From an uncultured Acidobacteriota bacterium (GTDB taxonomy: Bacteria; Acidobacteriota; UBA6911; RPQK01; JAPXNP01): 64,000 nucleotides of DNA. Shown piece by piece: positions 57,923-64,000 of this stretch. Numbering within the stretch: the first letter of the stretch is position 1; each line of letters starts with the position of its first letter. Below the pieces are notes generated by a model that was not told the origin of the DNA, did no database searches, and saw only the letters and a list, made by a program, of their open reading frames with translations. Location of the stretch: assembly GCA_963777605.1 (NCBI GenBank), contig CAVZRV010000031.1:64001-128000 (forward strand), written 5' to 3'. The translations under genes were made by a program, and so were the position numbers.

Positions 57923-57946
57923 CCTCGACGTTCTGGACCGTCGAGG
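57923..57946. terminator. Intergenic hairpin between the two long family-B genes
   Basis: CCTCGACG-N8-CGTCGAGG; no U-tract. Confidence 0.3.
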
Positions 57947-57981
57947 CAGATCAACCGGTGGGATCTAAGGCGCAGCGGCCG

Positions 57982-60864
57982 TCAATGATCGCTGATCGCG
58001 TCGCCCATCGTGATGATCTCAACGCGTACCTGCTCCCGTGCCCCGGTGTATGAATCGCTTCGATATTCGACCCGATTGGCTCCCGACCGCAGGGTCGGAA
58101 GAGGGACGCCCACAACTTTCCGGGTCAACAGGTGCCCGTCCTGGTCGTAATGGTTGAACTCGCTTCCATCCCATAACTCAAGATACTGATTGGTTTCGAG
58201 CGTCACGGGCAGTTCGACTTCCTCGCCGTTCACCGAAAGTCGCGGGTTCGTTATCATGGTGCCCCTCTCCCGCAACGCCTCAACCCGGCCAATCAGGCAA
58301 TTGACCCGCGTCCCAGGCGGGACGTCGGTCACAAACAGGCTCAATGAGACGACCGACGAATAATCAAAGCTTCTCAGACTCATCAACTCGTAGCCGGGAA
58401 ACGGATACCGGAGAACATCTCCACCTGTCGGCTCAGGAAACTCACAATACTTCCATCCTTCAAAATCCAGGTGCAGAAGGTGATCTCTGGCAAATCGCCC
58501 GTCGTTCAGCCTGATGTCGAGCACGGCTCCGCTGCGGTCGCCGTAGACCCAGAGACCGATTGCCCGGTTCCGTTCTAAATCGAGGGGCACCGCTAAAGTC
58601 GTGGACTGAAACATCCACGAACTCGGGCTGGCGGAAGGGTTCTCGGTACGAAGCCGCCACAACGCCTCCCGGGAATCCACTGGTTTCGCCACCTCCTCGA
58701 CCGAGAGAGCTACCCCCGGGACCATCGATTCGCCGGTCCACTGGTCGCTGCTGCCCCGTCCCAGCAAGACAATGTTCTCCTGGTCGCCATAGTCCGCGGG
58801 TGAAGGACGGGCCTTGACCCGCATCTTGAGGGCTTGAGGCGGGTACTCATTCTGGTAGGTCCACACGTTGTCGGCGCCGTCCTGCTGTCCCACACGCCTG
58901 GCCGGACCATACCGGACCGGATGCATTCCCCACCCGCCGGTAGAATCCTTCCGTAGCGTGAAGTCCTGGTTCGGCGTCCGAAGCCGCTGTCTCACTTTCT
59001 CAGAGAAATAGTGCTCCAATCTCAGTTGCTCGTACACCTTCGCAAGCGACAGGCACTCGTCGGTGCGCCCGTTCCCGTCCAGAACCCGCATCCTGGTCTC
59101 GAGAGACCAGGGGACATCCCATCCCACCGTCTTCGCCAGGACGTATTCGATCACGTCGGGCGTCGTAGACTCAGATGAATCGGTCTCCAGGAAGAACCCG
59201 TGCCAGCCCAGTTCCGCAGGAAGTAGACTGTTTATCGCGTTTGGCAACCGCTGGCTGCAATGATGATCCACCCATCGTTTCGGATCCAGAACCGCGAAGT
59301 CGATCGTGTAAAGCCGCGAGAAGTCGTGCCAATTGAAGTGGGCGAGATTGCTTCCCTGGACGAGAACCTCCCGTTCAAAGCGCTTTGTCGTTTCATGCAC
59401 CATCTTTCCGACGTAGTAGAAGAAGGGTCCGTTGACCTCCACGCCATCGAGACCGTCAAAATAGATCATGTCGAAGCCGACTTCATTGATGATGTCCGCC
59501 ACATTTGAAGCGACTTCTTCGAGCATGCTGCTGTTCCCATCCACCGCGAACCGATCCCAGCGCTGTGCCAGGTGGTAGACTGGCGCACCTTTCTCGTGGA
59601 CCGCCGCCCTGGTCCCGTAAGCGCCCCTGACACAATTCGTCAGGGCAAATGGAGCGTCGGTCGCCAGACCGCCGTAGGCGATCACCTCGTCGTCGATGAC
59701 TACGCTGACACCTCTTCCGAATCCGTGCTCCTCCTCTTCCGGCAGACCGCGGGGAGTCCGAGTCACCGGAATCGTCACTTCATTCTCGGAGATATCCCGG
59801 GCAAGGATTCGCATGTCGTCTTTGGCAAGTCGAGGATCGGGCACAGGGGTCAAATAAGCGTCGTTCCTGCTGATACAGCCCGAGAGGATGTGCGCGCCGC
59901 CTTTCAGTCCGGCCTGATGAATCTTGTCCATCGTGGACTTGAGGCCCGTGTAGCCGCCGGGAAAATTATCCCCGTTCACCTGGTACTTTCCATCGCTCGT
60001 CGCCCAAGTCCCTCCGTAGTTGAGAATGTACCCGAACCCTCCCTGCTGAGCCCTTCTGATCACGTGCTCGACATTCTCTTCGGTGTAGTCCACAAAGAGG
60101 TATGACTTTCTGACGTCCTGGGAAACCTTGCCCCACTCTCCGCCCAGCGTCGGATGCGGAAGTCCCTGTTCGGTCTCGAGAATTCCCAGGAAGTTCAGCA
60201 GTTGATCAGCCGGACCAGCCACGATCGCAATCTTCGCTCCGACAAGACCGAATCGTGGATAGCAGCTCGACCGAAATGCGGCGGGCTCATAACGAACCGT
60301 GCGACTGTCGGCGATCAGACTCAACGAGGGCAGGGCGACCCCAAAATCCTGATTGCGGCAGACATTGATCGTCTGACTATGCTCCCGGATTTCCTGGACT
60401 CGAGCCACCCGTTGGGAGATCGTCAGCGGCAAATCGACAATCACCAGTTCATCGATCATCGTCTGGTTGACTGAAATCACCTCAACCGTGATGTACTGCG
60501 GCATCACCGCAACTCGCACAACGGCTTCCAACCCGGAACCTCCGAATTTGACGCGGAGATACTCTCCCTCCCTGGTCAATTCCGTCGAAGGGTATTCGAC
60601 GCGACCCCGCCTTGCGGTCATAAAGCTGGTTGGACTGGAATGATCCAGGTAATCCACGGCACTTCTGACATCAAAGAAGCCAAGAGTCTGCCCGTCACGT
60701 GACACGACGAGCCGGGCGTAGGCGGTATCGAGAATAATCTGGCGCCCCTCGTCCCGAATCGCTGGCCCCGGAGCGGCGCCGTGGAGTCCGGACAAAGACA
60801 ATCCCGCTGAAACAAGGGCAACCGTCAGCGGAACACAACGGCCGAGAAACCGGGTCCGTAACAT
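57982..60864 (-). CDS. Secreted uncharacterised putative glycoside hydrolase (family B, long copy 2)
   Basis: Signal peptide; FPGGYTGL..KIHQAGLKGGAH, YLTPVPDPRL, YFDGLD; IGLWVYGD.SGA...LDFEGWKY; AAGGAGGT RBS. Confidence 0.72.
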   Translation of the reverse strand: MLRTRFLGRCVPLTVALVSAGLSLSGLHGAAPGPAIRDEGRQIILDTAYARLVVSRDGQTLGFFDVRSAVDYLDHSSPTSFMTARRGRVEYPSTELTREGEYLRVKFGGSGLEAVVRVAVMPQYITVEVISVNQTMIDELVIVDLPLTISQRVARVQEIREHSQTINVCRNQDFGVALPSLSLIADSRTVRYEPAAFRSSCYPRFGLVGAKIAIVAGPADQLLNFLGILETEQGLPHPTLGGEWGKVSQDVRKSYLFVDYTEENVEHVIRRAQQGGFGYILNYGGTWATSDGKYQVNGDNFPGGYTGLKSTMDKIHQAGLKGGAHILSGCISRNDAYLTPVPDPRLAKDDMRILARDISENEVTIPVTRTPRGLPEEEEHGFGRGVSVVIDDEVIAYGGLATDAPFALTNCVRGAYGTRAAVHEKGAPVYHLAQRWDRFAVDGNSSMLEEVASNVADIINEVGFDMIYFDGLDGVEVNGPFFYYVGKMVHETTKRFEREVLVQGSNLAHFNWHDFSRLYTIDFAVLDPKRWVDHHCSQRLPNAINSLLPAELGWHGFFLETDSSESTTPDVIEYVLAKTVGWDVPWSLETRMRVLDGNGRTDECLSLAKVYEQLRLEHYFSEKVRQRLRTPNQDFTLRKDSTGGWGMHPVRYGPARRVGQQDGADNVWTYQNEYPPQALKMRVKARPSPADYGDQENIVLLGRGSSDQWTGESMVPGVALSVEEVAKPVDSREALWRLRTENPSASPSSWMFQSTTLAVPLDLERNRAIGLWVYGDRSGAVLDIRLNDGRFARDHLLHLDFEGWKYCEFPEPTGGDVLRYPFPGYELMSLRSFDYSSVVSLSLFVTDVPPGTRVNCLIGRVEALRERGTMITNPRLSVNGEEVELPVTLETNQYLELWDGSEFNHYDQDGHLLTRKVVGVPLPTLRSGANRVEYRSDSYTGAREQVRVEIITMGDAISDH

Positions 60865-60991
60865 AAGCCACCTCCTTGCTGGTGAAAGCGTCGACCTTTC
60901 TTTTCTTGAATTAGAACGCTATCCAGATTTGCTTCCATTTTTCAGACAGGAAAAACAGTCAGTCCGCAGTGAACTGCCACGGTCACTTTGA

Positions 60992-62470
60992 CTATGGCGA
61001 AGTCCCAACCGGCCGGACGTTCTCTCCGGCCCGACCGGTCGCTGCGTCACCTAAATCGCGTCGGGCATCGTCTACCAGTCCGAGCAGTCTTTCAACGACT
61101 TCCGGGTGCCGATCCGCCACGTCGACCGTCTCACCGACATCGTGATCCAGATCGTAAAGGAGGGGGCGGTGCAGGCCGTCCGCGCCCCACTCCGGCCGGT
61201 AAACGTGCAACTTCCAGGCCCCGCTTCGAACTGCCTGCAGGCGGTCATCCCGGTAATAGAAGAATGCCTTGTGGGGCGACACCGCCCCCGGTTCCCCAAA
61301 GATCAAACTTCGGATGTCCTTCCCATCCAGAATCCGGTTCTTCGGGAGTTCGGCCCCGACAATCGCAGCAATCGTGGGAAGAAGATCCATGGAAGTGACC
61401 AGCTCACCGGAAATCGATCCTTCGGGGATGCGGCCGGGCCACGACATAATGCAGGGCTCCCGCATGCCTCCATCCCAGGTCGTGTTCTTTTGACCTCGCA
61501 GGGGACCCGCAGAGCCGGGCCGGTGGCCCAGTTTCTCCCTGGGCAATATTACGGGGCCATTGTCCGACGTGAAGATGATCAGAGTCTTGTCTTCGATTCC
61601 CAGTTCCTGTAGCGTCGAGACAATCTTGCCTACGGACCAATCGAGTTCTTCGATCACGTCTCCGTAGAGTCCATACTCCGATCGGCCTTTGAATGGGGGC
61701 GACGCATCGATCGGCAGGTGGGGCATGCTGTGGGCGAGGTAGAGGAAGAATCGCGAACTTCTATTTTGCCTGATGAAGTTGACGCTTTCGTCGGTGTAGC
61801 GTCTCGTCAGTGACGCCTGGGCAGGGCTTTCCTCGACCTTCTTTTCATTGCGGAAGATCGGCAACGGAGGCGAAACGTAGTTTCGATCCCTGTAGTGAAA
61901 GTTCCCCATGTCGTTGGAGTAGGGGATCCCATAGAAATAGTCGAAACCCTGGCGAGTCGGGAGAAACTTGGGCAGGTGCCCGAGGTGCCATTTGCCGATG
62001 GCGGCCGTCGCATACCCCCGTTGCTTCAGGACTTCTGCAATCGTCACTTCGTCCGGGTTGAGCCCCGTCGTTGAATCGGGAAACAGAACCCGGTACGCCA
62101 GACCGACCCGTTTCGGATAGGACCCGGTCATCAACGCAGCACGGGAAGGGGTACACACCGGGGCGGCCACGTAGAAATCGTTGAATCGTATCCCGTGTCC
62201 GGCGAGCCGGTCGAGGTTCGGAGTCGAGAATCCGACGGCGCCGTAGATTCCGAGATCACCGTAGCCCTGATCGTCCGTGAAGATGATAATGATGTTCGGC
62301 AGGTCTCCTCCAGCCGGGACTTCCGATCCAGCGAACGTCACCCGCGCATCCTGAATTCCCCCGGGTCCGGCCTCTGCAGCAACAGCCGCCCATTTCAGCA
62401 GCACGGCAGCAAGCAGCACGGCGAGTATGGAACCCGGCGATCGTCCGATGCCCACCGTCGTCATCCGCAT
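60992..62470 (-). CDS. Cys-type (S1) arylsulfatase-like sulfatase
   Basis: PNIIIIFTDDQGYGD, CTPSRAALMTG, GKWHLG, GIPYSNDM, FTSDNG, PLRGQK; signal peptide. Confidence 0.95.
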   Translation of the reverse strand: MRMTTVGIGRSPGSILAVLLAAVLLKWAAVAAEAGPGGIQDARVTFAGSEVPAGGDLPNIIIIFTDDQGYGDLGIYGAVGFSTPNLDRLAGHGIRFNDFYVAAPVCTPSRAALMTGSYPKRVGLAYRVLFPDSTTGLNPDEVTIAEVLKQRGYATAAIGKWHLGHLPKFLPTRQGFDYFYGIPYSNDMGNFHYRDRNYVSPPLPIFRNEKKVEESPAQASLTRRYTDESVNFIRQNRSSRFFLYLAHSMPHLPIDASPPFKGRSEYGLYGDVIEELDWSVGKIVSTLQELGIEDKTLIIFTSDNGPVILPREKLGHRPGSAGPLRGQKNTTWDGGMREPCIMSWPGRIPEGSISGELVTSMDLLPTIAAIVGAELPKNRILDGKDIRSLIFGEPGAVSPHKAFFYYRDDRLQAVRSGAWKLHVYRPEWGADGLHRPLLYDLDHDVGETVDVADRHPEVVERLLGLVDDARRDLGDAATGRAGENVRPVGTSP

Positions 62471-62498
62471 CCTGGAATCCTGTCCCGGTTGGGCGGGC

Positions 62499-63926
62499 TC
62501 AAGCCAATTCCTTCAGCAGAGAGGTGGCAACGTCGACCATTTTCTCGGCTCCCCCCGGGGCAATCCTGGAATTGACGATTTCGTAGCTGCCCTCGGAAAA
62601 GGCTTTTCGAGTGGGAACGTAGCCGGGAGCATCCCGACAAAGCTCTACCACGAGCGTATTTGAAAACGGGCTCGCTCGCTTGGCCGCCAATCCCAACTCC
62701 ACAAAAACCTCACCGGGAAAACCCACCAGCGCCAGGTCTTCGCCCATCCGGAACACCTGCACCTCGAGGCGTATCGAATCCGCACCCCGCGCATGCAGGT
62801 CCAGAATCCTGTAGGCCTTCACCTGATCGAGGAAGGACAACTCGGACGTACCCACCTTCATGATGCTTGCTTGCGCCCAGGCAAGATCGTCAGGGCCGTA
62901 GCTCTGCAACGGCACGTCGATGCCGGAAGTCCTGACGGCAAGGGAGGGCGTCCCGACCGGCTTCAGCGTCGACTCGGCCGCCAGCACCGTTTCCGCCAGA
63001 GTCTCCCCAATGTAATCGGGCTTTGCCCGATCTTCCCGGGTGACGTCCAGGTGGTTGATGTCACCGCAGGTCCCTGTCCCGAAAAACAGGATGAATTCGT
63101 CACCATATTTTTCGCGCAGCGCCCTCTGCAGGAAGAATGGATAGTCCGCCGAGTACTCGGTTCCGCCTGTTGTGTCGAGGTGGAGTGCGAAGTTCACCAG
63201 GGCACCGGTTGGCTGAGGGTTCCCTTCATTGTTGAAGAACACCATTGTGACGTCCGGATCAACGGGACCGACGCAGCGGACGATGTCCGGGTTCTTGAAC
63301 CCCGGGTTGAAGCGGACGCTTCCGTCCTTCATCAAGAAGCGGCGATTGAACGCGAGGCCTTCCTGGGTTGCCTTTCCGGTCCGCAACCGGACGGGCTGCA
63401 GCAGGGACTGAGCCTGGACGATCGACTCTGCAATTCCGGCGGACAACCGAGCCCGGTAATCGACCTTTTCATATGGGTCGGAGCCGCTTTCAGAAACCGC
63501 TAATCTGTGAAAATGATCCCGCAGAGCCCCGTAGTAAAGAGGGCCGGTGTGACTGTGAGTCGCACAGACCAGAATGTGCTCGGGCGGAATTCCCGTCCGG
63601 CTGTGGGCCTCCTCGCGTGCCCGATCGGTAACGTCGGCGGCGAGCCCGATCAGATCACAGAAGACCATTGCTGCTGACTCACTCCCTTGCCGAAGCACAA
63701 TTGCCTTCGCAAAGAGTGGATCCGAGACTCCGGTGGAAAGGCGTTCACGAAAATAGCCGCTCATGCGATAGCCGAGCGGAGGCGTGATGTCGACCGAGGC
63801 CATGCCGGCCTCGAAAGGTGAGGAACGCCCCGTCGTCGAACAGCTCGCCAGTGATGCAGCGGCTCCGCCACAAGCAGCGGCCACCCGGGCTGAAGCAAGT
63901 TGGAACAGGAAATCCCTACGTTTCAC
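62499..63926 (-). CDS. Tat-lipoprotein, neutral/alkaline ceramidase-fold amidohydrolase-like (copy 2)
   Basis: KRRDFL Tat motif, LASC lipobox; DITPP, ATHSHTGP, FNRRF, NFALHLD, PGEVF, GYVPT; AAGGAG before GTG 63926. Confidence 0.82.
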   Translation of the reverse strand: MKRRDFLFQLASARVAAACGGAAASLASCSTTGRSSPFEAGMASVDITPPLGYRMSGYFRERLSTGVSDPLFAKAIVLRQGSESAAMVFCDLIGLAADVTDRAREEAHSRTGIPPEHILVCATHSHTGPLYYGALRDHFHRLAVSESGSDPYEKVDYRARLSAGIAESIVQAQSLLQPVRLRTGKATQEGLAFNRRFLMKDGSVRFNPGFKNPDIVRCVGPVDPDVTMVFFNNEGNPQPTGALVNFALHLDTTGGTEYSADYPFFLQRALREKYGDEFILFFGTGTCGDINHLDVTREDRAKPDYIGETLAETVLAAESTLKPVGTPSLAVRTSGIDVPLQSYGPDDLAWAQASIMKVGTSELSFLDQVKAYRILDLHARGADSIRLEVQVFRMGEDLALVGFPGEVFVELGLAAKRASPFSNTLVVELCRDAPGYVPTRKAFSEGSYEIVNSRIAPGGAEKMVDVATSLLKELA

Positions 63927-64000
63927 AATTTTCTCCTTCCGAATGCGACGGCCGCCTGGCGGCTCTTTCGGCGGAATCGTTGGGTGTTACCTGACTTGAA

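Noticed and set aside
1-64000. Mobile elements, prophage, tRNA/rRNA, defence systems
   Set aside because: No transposase, integrase, phage gene, cloverleaf or rRNA-like sequence recognised by eye; a covariance-model scan was not possible.

Overview
GC-rich bacterial DNA, most likely Acidobacteriota (inferred from a GWxTD protein, an Oar-type TonB-dependent receptor and a TPR + CRTAC1/ASPIC-UnbV pair). I saw no rRNA, tRNA, CRISPR array, integrase or transposase. Almost the whole 64 kb looks like one large catabolic island for complex glycans, probably sulfated, acylated and containing deoxy- or amino-sugars. Recognisable parts: a LysR regulator, MFS and RhaT-type transporters, a TBDR, a GH29 fucosidase, two Cys-type sulfatases, two complete (plus one probable partial) Gfo/Idh/MocA dehydrogenases, a DeoM-like mutarotase, a beta-helix protein, and a cytoplasmic run of class-III PLP enzyme, D-aminoacylase, RidA, 3-hydroxyacyl-CoA-dehydrogenase-like protein and APH-fold kinase. 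Much of the coding space is local expansions of exported families that I cannot assign to a characterised enzyme. Family A has 4 copies (GH20-like N-domain + barrel, motifs PYIP and DSR[LI]G). Family B has 3 copies (clan-D-like barrel, motifs TPVPDxRL and YFDG). There are also 3 tandem double alpha/beta-hydrolases with an apparently dead N-domain and 2 ceramidase-fold proteins. Two genes carry single +1 frameshifts and one short enolase-superfamily-like relic is present. All assignments come from motif recognition by eye; no database searches were run.
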